This document shows, piece after piece, positions 27,413 to 36,747 of a stretch of 54,940 nucleotides of DNA. Source of the stretch: a virus (lineage: Duplodnaviria > Caudoviricetes). The notes beneath the pieces were generated by a model. That model worked only from the letters and a program-made list of their open reading frames with translations, did no database searches and was not told the origin of the DNA. The translations under genes were made by a program, and so were the position numbers. Every line of letters starts with the position of its first letter. The first letter of the stretch is position 1. The stretch is taken from IMG/VR virus record IMGVR_UViG_3300049846_002234, positions 1-54,940 of that record; one strand, written 5' to 3'.

Positions 27413-28029
27413 AGGACGACGCCCTCCTCTCCGTGATTCAGCGGTACGTCCAGGAGCCGGTGGTCGACGGCGGGCGTACCTGGGCGCTGGGGCTCTGGAC
27501 GCGGGAAGAGGTGGTCGCCTACCTCGCCGCAGCGGAAGAGGACTTCATCCAGCGTACCCAGGTGATCGTCGGGTGGCAGCTTCAGGACTACACAGCGGGG
27601 GCCGGAGCGACCACCCTGGATCCTGAAGTGATCGAGGTGCTCACGGTGTCGGTGACCCAGGCCGGGCGGGGGACACCCTGTCCACTGGTCAGCCGGCATG
27701 AGGCGGATCTCCTCTACCCGGGATGGCCCAACCTCTCTGGGCGCCCGCGTGCGGCGATCTACGGGGATGCGGGCACGGCGACCTTGACGCTGGTTCCCCC
27801 ACCTGACGCATCCGGGCAGGTCCACCTGCACGTGATCCCGGTCCCTGAGCCGCTCAGCGGCGACGGCGACCCCCTCACCGTCGGCGATCTCTGGGAGCCG
27901 TTCGTCGTCGCTGGGGCACTCGCGCGGATGTTCGCCAAGCCCGGACAGGCGTACAATCCCCAACGGCGGGATCAGGCCAACGCGATCTTCGAGTTCGGGG
28001 TAGCCCTGGCGCTGCAGCGGACGGCTTGA
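27409..28029 (+). CDS. Adaptor-like protein, paralog 3
   Basis: WTREEVVAYL..AEEDF; EAD..YPGW...GRP....LTLVPPPD; ALARMFAKPG. Confidence 0.7.
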   Translation: MKDDALLSVIQRYVQEPVVDGGRTWALGLWTREEVVAYLAAAEEDFIQRTQVIVGWQLQDYTAGAGATTLDPEVIEVLTVSVTQAGRGTPCPLVSRHEADLLYPGWPNLSGRPRAAIYGDAGTATLTLVPPPDASGQVHLHVIPVPEPLSGDGDPLTVGDLWEPFVVAGALARMFAKPGQAYNPQRRDQANAIFEFGVALALQRTA

Positions 28030-28049
28030 TCCTCCGCCGGGAGGAGCTG

Positions 28050-31000
28050 ATGGAGACCCCAGGATACTCGCCGCAGGCAGCCGCGCTGGTGGTCCTCCGT
28101 CCGGGAGCGCGCGGTCTGGTGGTCAACGCCGCCCCTGAGCTCCTGCCGCCGGAAGCCGCGCAGCTCCTCGAGAATGTGCGCGTGGACCGTGATGGGCGCC
28201 TGCGCCTGCGTCCTGGCTGGGTGCTGCAGTTCACCCTCCCCTCCAGCGGCCCTGTACACTCCCTCGCCCGTCTCTACCTGCCCTCGAGCGGTACCTATGT
28301 CGCGTTCGTGGGCTCGGGCACGGTCCTCTGGCGTGGAGCGACGCCTGCCACCATGCAGGCGGTGAACACCGTCCTCAGCGGCAACCCCCTGGTCATGCTG
28401 CCGTACCGCCCGGCGATCTCCGGCGACCCGTGGATGATCGTCGGAGATACCTCGGTGCTCGGGCAGGTACCTCCGAGTGGCGAGGCGATGCTCCTGGGGC
28501 TGCCGGCACCGGATGTCGTGTGCAGCACGCGGATTGTCGACATCCTCACGACCAAGATCTGCGACTTCCACGGGGCCGTGTCACAGGCAACCGCCTGGAC
28601 GATGACGGCCGGCGTGGACGATTCCGTCCCCAAGGCCCAAGGCGCCGGGGCGCCCGTCGCCGCCGACATCACAGGGATCCAGGGCAACGCTGTCGAGTTC
28701 ACCACCAACATCGGCAATGCGCTCAAGGGCTACACCTCGATCATGGGCCTGCCGGTGACGATGGATCTCACCACGTTGCAAGGTGGGTTCCGTGCGGCGG
28801 GGCAGGACGACATCATCCATATGTGGATCCGGCTGAGCCGGCCGGGCATCGTGGAAGAGGTGCGCGTCTATCTGGTGTGCTCGTCTGGCTTCTCTCCCAG
28901 CGTCGTTCCAGGGCAGCACGGATCGCTCAACACCGATGCGTTCGTCCATGCCTTCCGCCCGAGCGACATCACCGGGTTCCTGGAGAACAAGCAAAGCGGC
29001 ACCGCTGCGGCGGAACAGACGCAGCGTACCCAGGTGATCGATGAGTACTTGCGCCTGCCTGACGAGGACGATTCCGACGATGCCAAGGATGGCGTGCGCC
29101 GGCGCTTCCCCAACGACAGCACGGGACGCGGCACGCACACCAGTTCGCGGGTACCGGATGAGATGGCGCCCGGGCGCAACGTGTGGACGGAGTTCGGCGC
29201 CCTCGGCAAGCCCCTCCGGCGCAGCGATTTCGAGCGTATCGGTACGACAACGGGGCGCGGCTGGGGCACCATCACCGGGATCGTGATCGTCATCAAGACG
29301 ACGACGAATGAGGTGGTGAGCCTGGCGTGTGACGATTGGTACCTCACGGGTGGGTACGGGCTGGATTCGAGCGAGCCGGGCGCCGCGTCCTACGACTACC
29401 GCTACACCCACTACCACCTCGACACCGGGGATGAGGGCAACCCCAGCCCCATCCAGGGCGAGACATCCCGACTCTTCCCGATGCGGCAGCGCACGGCGAT
29501 CCTCCCGACGGCGTACACCGGGGCTGGAAGTACGCGGGTGCGCCAGCGCTTCTACCGGCGGGGCGGGACGATCACCGACGACTGGTACTACGTCGGGCAG
29601 AACACTGCGAACGGGGCGGAGTTCGTGGACACGTTGGAAGATCTGGAGATCGCGGCCGCGCCCACACTCGAGATCGACAACTATCAGCCGGTCCCCACCG
29701 TGGACACCCAGGGCAACACGGTCAAGGCGGCGGTGCTGCCTGCTGTGTGGGGACCGCACGATGGGGCGATCTACGGCTGTGGGGATCGCTACCGCCCGGG
29801 GCATCTCTATCGCAGCAAGACCGGGCGGCCGGGGAGCTGGCCTCCCGATCTGGTGGTGGAAGTGTGCAGCCCCAGCGAGGAGCTACTCAACGGCTTCGTG
29901 CATTCGGGGCAGGGCTTCGTCTTCTCCCGGCGGCGGCTGTTCCTGATCTCGGCGAACGCCGTCACCGGCGGGGCGATGGCGGTGCAGGACACGCCGTGTC
30001 AGAAGGGCTTGGCCGGCCGGTGGGCGTTTGCGGTGGGCCCGGAAGGCATCGCTTTCATCAGCGATGACGGGATCTACGGGACGGATGGGGGCGGCCCGGC
30101 GCAGGAGCTGTCGGCGGACATCCGCCCGTTGTGGTTCGGGCAGACGACGATCGGGGCGGTGGCGATCAACCTGGCGAGTGAGACCAACCTGCGCCTCTTC
30201 TGGGGCAAGGGCACGCTCTACTTCCAGTACCTCGGCCTCGACGGCAACCTCCACCAGCTTGTGTGCGCGCGAAACGGCGGGCGGCTGGTCTGGTCCCGCG
30301 ACGTGATGCCGGCCACGCCTGGCGCGTTCTACTTCGATGCGGAGAACCCGGAGCTCCCCCCGTACCTCGGATCGGGGGATGCCGGGCCCGCCACCATCTA
30401 CAGCTTCGACGGCCGGGATGATGATGGCGTGCCGATCACGGCGCAGTACATCTCTCCCGAGTTGAGCTTCGATCGCCCCCGCGAGGAAAAGCAGCTCGGC
30501 GATCTCATGGTGGAGACCGATGGGCTCGGGGCTGCGGGGTTGTCCGTGGCGGTGACGCTGGACGATCGCACGATCCTCCCCACCCAGACGATCACAGGCG
30601 CCGATCAGCAGCAGCAGCGGGTGCTGGTGACGCCAGACCCGGGGGTGGAGCACCGCTTCCGCTCTGCCCGTATCCATGTGGTCCTTCCAGGGGACACGGC
30701 AGGTGCCGCCCCGGAGCTTCGACAGCTCCAGTTCACGGCGACCCCGCTGGTGGAAGAGACAGAGCGCCGCATGGGTGTGTGGGAGCCGCTCGGGAAGAAC
30801 GGGGCGTATCTCACCGGCGTGGTGATCACCTGCGACACTCGGGAGAACGTGCTGGCTCGCACCGACAACACGCTGGGCGCCAACACGCGGAACGTCCAGA
30901 TCGAGTACTCCCGGGGCGGCGGAGCCGTCGGGGTGCTCGGGCCGTACCTCATCGACGCCAGTCAGGGACGGCGCAACATCTACCTGAGCTGGTCGGGGGT

Positions 31001-32087
31001 GATCGCGGATCAGGTACGCATCGTCCCCCTCGATGCCAACCCGTGGTTGCTCTACGCCCTCAAGTGGCAGGCCACCGACGAGCCTCCCTCGCAGGGGGTG
31101 TGGGACAGCGGTGAGGAGATTCTGGGCGATACCTACTACACCGGCCTGGATCTGGTGGTGCGTGGGGAAGGGGTGGCGGCAATCTACGTCGACAACCAGC
31201 TCGTCTCCACCTACGACTTCCGCACCACCTCCACGGAACCCTCGAAGGTCACGAGCACGACGGCCAAGACGTACCTCCACCACACCTTCGGGCCGGGGTA
31301 CGGGCACATCTACCGCTGTGTCATCGCGGCCGGTGCGGCGGGCGTGCAGGTGTACGCGCACAAGTGGCTGGCGGCGCCGGTGCCTGGGGAACAGAGCAAC
31401 TGGAACCGCAACTTCGAGCTCGCCGGGACACTCACCGAGAAGATGGTGAAGGGGGTACTGCTCGAGTGCGACACCGGCGGGCTCACCAAAACGGTCGACG
31501 TGCAGGCAGACGGGGTGACGGCCACGACCCTGAGTGTGACGGCGAACGGCCGGCAGGTGCTCCACCTGAGCTTCCCGCAGTTCCGGGCGCGGGTGCTGCG
31601 GATGCTCCCCACGGATTCGGCACTCTCCCGCCTGTTCTCGGTCCAGTGGATCTTCGATGAAGAGCCGCTGGCCCTGGCGCGATGGGAAACGCAACTCCTC
31701 GATCACGGTCAGCGGGACTACCATTCGATCTTCCGTCTGATTGTGGACTACCGGGCGGCGGCGGCCGTGACGCTGACGATCGAGGGGTATACCCGCGATG
31801 GGTTCCGCGCGTTCCAGCATGAGTACCTCCTGCCGGCGGCAAACGAACGTGTCAAGCGTGTCGTGTCGGTGCAGGCGCGCATGGCGATCCTGTGGAAGTA
31901 CACCTTCACCAGTGCCACACCCTTCAACCTCTACCGCGAGGGGTGCGGCATCACTGTGATCCCACTGTCGGGGGAGGAACGGCAGGATATCTCGGCGCCG
32001 TTCGGCAACGATGACCTCGACCACGGGCGGGCGCTCGGCAACGCGAGCGGCGTGGCGTCGACGCCGAACAACGGAGCGCTCGAATGA
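28050..32087 (+). CDS. Tail nozzle / tail tubular B-like protein
   Basis: LLENVRVD..G.LR.RPG N-terminus, propeller blades (LYRSK...P.SWP, FISDDGIY), repeated C-terminal beta-sandwiches; ATG 28050 after GGAGGAG. Confidence 0.75.
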   Translation: METPGYSPQAAALVVLRPGARGLVVNAAPELLPPEAAQLLENVRVDRDGRLRLRPGWVLQFTLPSSGPVHSLARLYLPSSGTYVAFVGSGTVLWRGATPATMQAVNTVLSGNPLVMLPYRPAISGDPWMIVGDTSVLGQVPPSGEAMLLGLPAPDVVCSTRIVDILTTKICDFHGAVSQATAWTMTAGVDDSVPKAQGAGAPVAADITGIQGNAVEFTTNIGNALKGYTSIMGLPVTMDLTTLQGGFRAAGQDDIIHMWIRLSRPGIVEEVRVYLVCSSGFSPSVVPGQHGSLNTDAFVHAFRPSDITGFLENKQSGTAAAEQTQRTQVIDEYLRLPDEDDSDDAKDGVRRRFPNDSTGRGTHTSSRVPDEMAPGRNVWTEFGALGKPLRRSDFERIGTTTGRGWGTITGIVIVIKTTTNEVVSLACDDWYLTGGYGLDSSEPGAASYDYRYTHYHLDTGDEGNPSPIQGETSRLFPMRQRTAILPTAYTGAGSTRVRQRFYRRGGTITDDWYYVGQNTANGAEFVDTLEDLEIAAAPTLEIDNYQPVPTVDTQGNTVKAAVLPAVWGPHDGAIYGCGDRYRPGHLYRSKTGRPGSWPPDLVVEVCSPSEELLNGFVHSGQGFVFSRRRLFLISANAVTGGAMAVQDTPCQKGLAGRWAFAVGPEGIAFISDDGIYGTDGGGPAQELSADIRPLWFGQTTIGAVAINLASETNLRLFWGKGTLYFQYLGLDGNLHQLVCARNGGRLVWSRDVMPATPGAFYFDAENPELPPYLGSGDAGPATIYSFDGRDDDGVPITAQYISPELSFDRPREEKQLGDLMVETDGLGAAGLSVAVTLDDRTILPTQTITGADQQQQRVLVTPDPGVEHRFRSARIHVVLPGDTAGAAPELRQLQFTATPLVEETERRMGVWEPLGKNGAYLTGVVITCDTRENVLARTDNTLGANTRNVQIEYSRGGGAVGVLGPYLIDASQGRRNIYLSWSGVIADQVRIVPLDANPWLLYALKWQATDEPPSQGVWDSGEEILGDTYYTGLDLVVRGEGVAAIYVDNQLVSTYDFRTTSTEPSKVTSTTAKTYLHHTFGPGYGHIYRCVIAAGAAGVQVYAHKWLAAPVPGEQSNWNRNFELAGTLTEKMVKGVLLECDTGGLTKTVDVQADGVTATTLSVTANGRQVLHLSFPQFRARVLRMLPTDSALSRLFSVQWIFDEEPLALARWETQLLDHGQRDYHSIFRLIVDYRAAAAVTLTIEGYTRDGFRAFQHEYLLPAANERVKRVVSVQARMAILWKYTFTSATPFNLYREGCGITVIPLSGEERQDISAPFGNDDLDHGRALGNASGVASTPNNGALE

Positions 32088-34105
32088 GCGACGGGCTGCG
32101 CGCCTTCCTCAGCCGCCTCGGCGACGCCAACATGCGGACGGGGCTACGGGGGCTGATCGACCGTCTGGTGGCGATCGAGAGCAAGGTGACGGATCTCGAC
32201 GGCACCGTGCTCAAGACGGGCTCGCCGGTGGATGCCTATGGGCAGCGGATCAAGCACCTGGCCGACCCGCGCGTGGACACCGATGCGGTGCCGCTGGGGT
32301 ACATGCGGAAGTTCATCAACGCGACGATCCTCGCGCAGAACCCTCCGACACGGCCCACAACCGACGCGGGGACCAACGGGAGCAACGGATTCCCCCTCCC
32401 TACCGGCACCTTTACCGCGACGCCCAACTCCCTCGGCGTCGGGGGTGGGAACGTCACCTTCGGCTGGACCTCGCAGAACGCCACCAGCGTTGAGCACTCG
32501 ACGTACGGACAGCTCCCCCTGTCTGGCAGCGCCGTCCTCAACGTCACGGTGTCCACGACCTTCACCCTGCTCCTGCGCGGGCCGGGAGGCATCTCCACCC
32601 TCTCTGTGACGGTGACGGTCGCTTCCAGTCCGCCTCCGACGCCGACGCCGACTGGCAGCCTGGTTGCCATTCCAACGACGGTCGCGGCGGGGCAGGTGGT
32701 CACGCTCTCCTGGACGGCCACGAACACGACCAGTGCGACGATCTCCCCTGGCGTGGGCGCGGTGACGCCGATCGCAGCAGGAACGGTGACTGTGGCGCCG
32801 ACCCAGAGCACCACCTACGAGTTGCGGTTGCAAGGGCCGGGCGGAGTGAAGATCTACCAGGTGCTGGTGACCGTGACAGGGGGGAACCCACCGCCTACCA
32901 GCGGGTACTCCGCCGGCGTCCTGGGGTGGGGCTTCTCCAACAATGGCGTGCGGTTCGAGTGGCGCGGGATGACCTCCTTCCTCACGCTGCGCGACATGCT
33001 CGATCCGGCACGGCGGTACAAGGCGTACCAAATGCTCGATTGGATGGCGGCTGGCAAGGTCACCGTCCCGCGCATCATCTGCTCCCTGTGTGGCAGCTTC
33101 TGGGAGGATAAGGGATTCGGACTCTACCCCGATCAGTACCCGGACTTCCACAAGACGCTGGCCGATCTGGTGGTGTACTGCAATAGCAAGGGCATGATGC
33201 CGGAGATCGTGATCTTCGGCGGCTTCATCGAGATCTGGGGCTACGACCTCAACAAGCTCAAGGCGCACACGGAAGCGGTGGCCCGGGCACTCCTGCCGTA
33301 CCGTGGGTGCTTTGTCGAGATCTGCAACGAATGGAACGCGATCGGCTTCACGTCTGGCGCGCACGTCCGCCTGTTGGCAGAAGCCTACCTGGCGATCGAT
33401 CCGAATCGTGTCCTGGCGTGCAGCTCTGCGACGGGTGACACCGACAACTACACAGGGTTCATCCTTCCAGACGCCCAGGGAAACCCAGCGCCGGGCAGCT
33501 ACCTCACCATGCACGTGCGCCGGGATCAGACGCCGACCCGCGCGCAGTGGGTGATCGTCCACTACGGCAACCCGACGATCCTGAACGGGACGCGCCCGGC
33601 GGTGAGCGATGAGCCGGTGAATGCCGGCCCGGCGCAGTTCGGGGTGCATGAGGACGACCCGCAGTACTGGTACGCCTTCGCGGCGATGAGCCGGATGATG
33701 GGCTTCTCGACCACCTTCCACTACGAGGGCGGGCTGTTCGATGATGTCCCGCAGGGCATCACCCAGCTCTGCTTCGCCTGGTGGATGGCCGCGATGACCT
33801 ATCCCTCACCAGACAGCGGGGGGCAGCTCTTCGCCGCCCTGCCGAGTGGGGTGGCGTTTGGTCCGTGCCCCTGGCCGAACAGCGGGGCGAACACCGGGCT
33901 CATCGGGCGCACCGTCGCTGGAGGGGCGGCGTTTGCGATCACGTTCGGCGCGGCTGCGTTGCCGGCTGTGGGGGCTGGCTGGCAGGCCGCGCAGGTCGAC
34001 GGATTCACGGTCGGCACGTTCACGCCCGCCGGGGCGACGCCGTACGGGGGTCCGTTCTCGGCCATTCGCGGCTACTTCGTGTCCCCCAAGACGTTTGGTA
34101 CCTAG
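32084..34105 (+). CDS. Tail spike-like protein: coiled coil, two Ig-like domains, GH-A-like TIM barrel
   Basis: RIKHLADP...DAVPLGY fibre neck motif; two PTG..ATP/AIP Ig repeats; EICNEW and SDEP motifs. Confidence 0.72.
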   Translation: MSDGLRAFLSRLGDANMRTGLRGLIDRLVAIESKVTDLDGTVLKTGSPVDAYGQRIKHLADPRVDTDAVPLGYMRKFINATILAQNPPTRPTTDAGTNGSNGFPLPTGTFTATPNSLGVGGGNVTFGWTSQNATSVEHSTYGQLPLSGSAVLNVTVSTTFTLLLRGPGGISTLSVTVTVASSPPPTPTPTGSLVAIPTTVAAGQVVTLSWTATNTTSATISPGVGAVTPIAAGTVTVAPTQSTTYELRLQGPGGVKIYQVLVTVTGGNPPPTSGYSAGVLGWGFSNNGVRFEWRGMTSFLTLRDMLDPARRYKAYQMLDWMAAGKVTVPRIICSLCGSFWEDKGFGLYPDQYPDFHKTLADLVVYCNSKGMMPEIVIFGGFIEIWGYDLNKLKAHTEAVARALLPYRGCFVEICNEWNAIGFTSGAHVRLLAEAYLAIDPNRVLACSSATGDTDNYTGFILPDAQGNPAPGSYLTMHVRRDQTPTRAQWVIVHYGNPTILNGTRPAVSDEPVNAGPAQFGVHEDDPQYWYAFAAMSRMMGFSTTFHYEGGLFDDVPQGITQLCFAWWMAAMTYPSPDSGGQLFAALPSGVAFGPCPWPNSGANTGLIGRTVAGGAAFAITFGAAALPAVGAGWQAAQVDGFTVGTFTPAGATPYGGPFSAIRGYFVSPKTFGT

Positions 34106-34117
34106 GAGCGCACCATC

Positions 34118-34510
34118 ATGACGATTGACGAGCTGACCTTTACGGAATTTCTCGAGCGCTGGCCTGACGCCCCAGGGGAGCTCTCCCGCTACGCGGCCCG
34201 AGGGATGGATGGCGTCGTGCTGGCGGTGTCGGATGACGCCGGCGATCTGGTCGGCTACTGGCCGGTCTGGCATGCCGTCCACCTCGACGGGCTCTGGCTG
34301 TCGCCGGAGCTCAAGGAGGAGGGGCCGGGTACGTTGCGGTCGCTTTTGCTGCGGGTGTTTGCTACGCTACACGCCAATGGGGTGAGTACCGCCTGCGCGA
34401 TGCTCCCCCCGGACGGGCCGAGTGCGGAGCAGGCCGCCCGGCTCGGATTCGCCCGCGCACCCGGGGACTTGTATCTCCTGACGATCCCCGCCCCACAGGC
34501 GGAGTCGTAA
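34118..34510 (+). CDS. GNAT-fold protein preceding ejection genes
   Basis: VHLDGLWLSPE...RLGF; syntenic with the GNAT-like gene of podoviruses. Confidence 0.65.
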   Translation: MTIDELTFTEFLERWPDAPGELSRYAARGMDGVVLAVSDDAGDLVGYWPVWHAVHLDGLWLSPELKEEGPGTLRSLLLRVFATLHANGVSTACAMLPPDGPSAEQAARLGFARAPGDLYLLTIPAPQAES

Positions 34511-34541
34511 CAGGGCGTACTGAGGGAGAGCGGGAGGCGCC

Positions 34542-35264
34542 ATGGGTGCTGCAGCAGTCGTCGCGGCTCCGGTCATCAAAGCCGTTGCCGTCGGCGCCAT
34601 TGGCGCCATGGTGAGCAAGAAGATGGGCAAGGCGCCCAACCTCACCGCTGAGGGTGGCGCTACCCGCAACCAGCTCTTCGACTCCTCCAAGATCCTCCAG
34701 AACGCCGGCCAGCAGCAACTCGCCACGGGAAGTGCGCTCACCAGCGCCGGGATGCGGTCCTTCAACGCGGGGGACACCGACCTGAACGCGGCGAGCGGCT
34801 ACCTCCGCACGCTGGTCGGCGGGAGTCGGGGGGCCATGACCGCCGCGCTCGGCCCGGAGATCGGCGCCATCACCTCCGCGTATCGCGGCGCGCAGAGCGG
34901 GCTGGATCGGGGCGGCGCGACCGGCGCGGTGCGCGAGATGGCGACGGCGGACCTGGCACGGGAGAAAGCCGGGCGGATCTCGGGACTGGCCATGGCCGTG
35001 CGCCCGCAGGCGGTGGGGCAGCTCTCGCAGATCGGGCAGGCCCGGCAGAGCGCCGGGGCCGGGATCGTAGGAATGGGACAGGGCGCCACCGGCACGGGGA
35101 TCTCGGCACTCAGCGGCGCCAACTCGCCCCTGTCCACCATCTACCAGGGTGAGCTGTGGCGGATGGGGATTCAGGCCCAGAACCAGGCAGCGATCGGGCA
35201 GTTCTTCGCCAACCTGATGTACGAGGCGCTGAAGAACCGGGGCGGCAGCAGCGGAGGCAAGTAG
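34542..35264 (+). CDS. Ejection (internal virion) protein, small
   Basis: Gly/Ala/Gln-rich with hydrophobic N-terminus; position after GNAT. Confidence 0.7.
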   Translation: MGAAAVVAAPVIKAVAVGAIGAMVSKKMGKAPNLTAEGGATRNQLFDSSKILQNAGQQQLATGSALTSAGMRSFNAGDTDLNAASGYLRTLVGGSRGAMTAALGPEIGAITSAYRGAQSGLDRGGATGAVREMATADLAREKAGRISGLAMAVRPQAVGQLSQIGQARQSAGAGIVGMGQGATGTGISALSGANSPLSTIYQGELWRMGIQAQNQAAIGQFFANLMYEALKNRGGSSGGK

Positions 35265-35268
35265 GGCC

Positions 35269-36738
35269 ATGAGCTACTTCGTAGGGCTGCTCAACGGGCT
35301 GGATCAGCGGCGGCGGGAAGAGCGCGAGCAGGCGACCAAGGACGCCAACGCTGAACAGGATCGGGAAGTCGGGCTGCTGATGCAGCTCGCCCAGGGGGAT
35401 GATCCTGAGATCGCCTCGATGGCGGGGGCAGGCCTGCTCGAGATCCTCTCTGGCAACAAGAAGGTGACCGGCGCCAAGGGACTGCGCGGGTTCCTCGGCG
35501 AGGTGGATCGGAGTAGCTACCTGCCCCAGATCCGGGCGACGCTGCAGGCGCGCGGAGCACAGCCGCCGACGCCGGGGGTGCCCGGAGGCGCGGCACTGCC
35601 GGGGGCGAGTCCGGTGGAACCGAAGGCGCAGGGGGCGAAGGCTGGACAGCCGCCGATGCTCGAGATGCCGCTGGTGAGCCGGCAGGGGCTGGGCCTGGTG
35701 CCCTCGGCGCCGCCGGGCGGTCCCGGCAGCGACGGGCTGGGATTGCTTCCCGGTGGTGCGCCATCGGGGTTCACGCAAGATGGTGGCGGGGCGGCTGTTG
35801 GGCCTGCGTCGGGTCCAATGGGAGCGGCTGCCCTGCCACCTCCACCGCCTGAAGCCCCGCAGCAGCGCTACGCCCGGCTGTTCCCCAGCGCGAGCGAGGT
35901 GGCGCAGCGGACCAAGGTGGCGGAGCTGATGGCGCGGTTCCAGGTGGCGATGCAAGCCCTCGACAAGGCCGACACCCCCGACAAGCGCAACTTGGTCATG
36001 GCCATGAACGGGGCGCCCCAGGCGCAGCTCCGACCGACGGCGTACAACGTGACCTTCATCAACGAGCTGGGGATGGAGGATCACGGCGTCGGTGTGATGG
36101 ACGCGGATGGCACGGTGAACATCGACGGTCGACAGGTGCGGCCGATCACGGTCGAGCCGGTCAACCAGCGGAGCCGGGCGCCGCAGCACTTCCAGCGTCT
36201 CAACAAGCAAACGAATCTGATGGAGCGGGTGACCTACGATCCCGACACCATGGAAACGCTGCGTGTCGACCCGTTGAATATCCCCGCGAACCTCCCGCCG
36301 CAGCTCGAAGGCGGACAGGTGCCGCTCGCCGGCGGCGGGATCGGTGTCGTTCCCCGTGGCGCCCCTCCGGGCACGGTGGTGCCGATCCCGGGGGCACGGC
36401 AGCGCCCGACGAGCACGCGCACGCCCGACCCAAAGAAGAGCGAGCGGGCCCGGGCGGCGGCGGCCTTCCTGGCAGACGTGAAGGCGGAGATCACGAACAC
36501 CGCCAAGACGAAGAAGGACTTGGTGACGGGTGCGATGCCCGACATCCCCGTGTCAACGAAGGATGCGATCACCAAGCGGAAGACTGCTGGGCAGTTCGTC
36601 ACCTACCAGGAGCTGCTCCTCGCCTCACAAGGGCTTGGAGCGCCGCCTCCTGACGCGCCGGCCGCGCCAACCGGGGCGCTCGGATCTCCTGAAGGTGCTG
36701 GACAGATCGATGAACTCCTCCGCCGTCGCCGGCGGTAG
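35269..36738 (+). CDS. Ejection (internal virion) protein, middle
   Basis: FVGLLNGL..RR.E N-terminus, Pro/Gly linker; position. Confidence 0.7.
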   Translation: MSYFVGLLNGLDQRRREEREQATKDANAEQDREVGLLMQLAQGDDPEIASMAGAGLLEILSGNKKVTGAKGLRGFLGEVDRSSYLPQIRATLQARGAQPPTPGVPGGAALPGASPVEPKAQGAKAGQPPMLEMPLVSRQGLGLVPSAPPGGPGSDGLGLLPGGAPSGFTQDGGGAAVGPASGPMGAAALPPPPPEAPQQRYARLFPSASEVAQRTKVAELMARFQVAMQALDKADTPDKRNLVMAMNGAPQAQLRPTAYNVTFINELGMEDHGVGVMDADGTVNIDGRQVRPITVEPVNQRSRAPQHFQRLNKQTNLMERVTYDPDTMETLRVDPLNIPANLPPQLEGGQVPLAGGGIGVVPRGAPPGTVVPIPGARQRPTSTRTPDPKKSERARAAAAFLADVKAEITNTAKTKKDLVTGAMPDIPVSTKDAITKRKTAGQFVTYQELLLASQGLGAPPPDAPAAPTGALGSPEGAGQIDELLRRRRR

Positions 36739-36741
36739 AAT
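36736..36741 (+). promoter_or_regulatory. TAGAAT -10 of probable leaderless gene (copy 4)
   Basis: TAGAAT-6 nt-ATG(36748), no SD. Confidence 0.55.
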
Positions 36742-36747
36742 CGCGCC

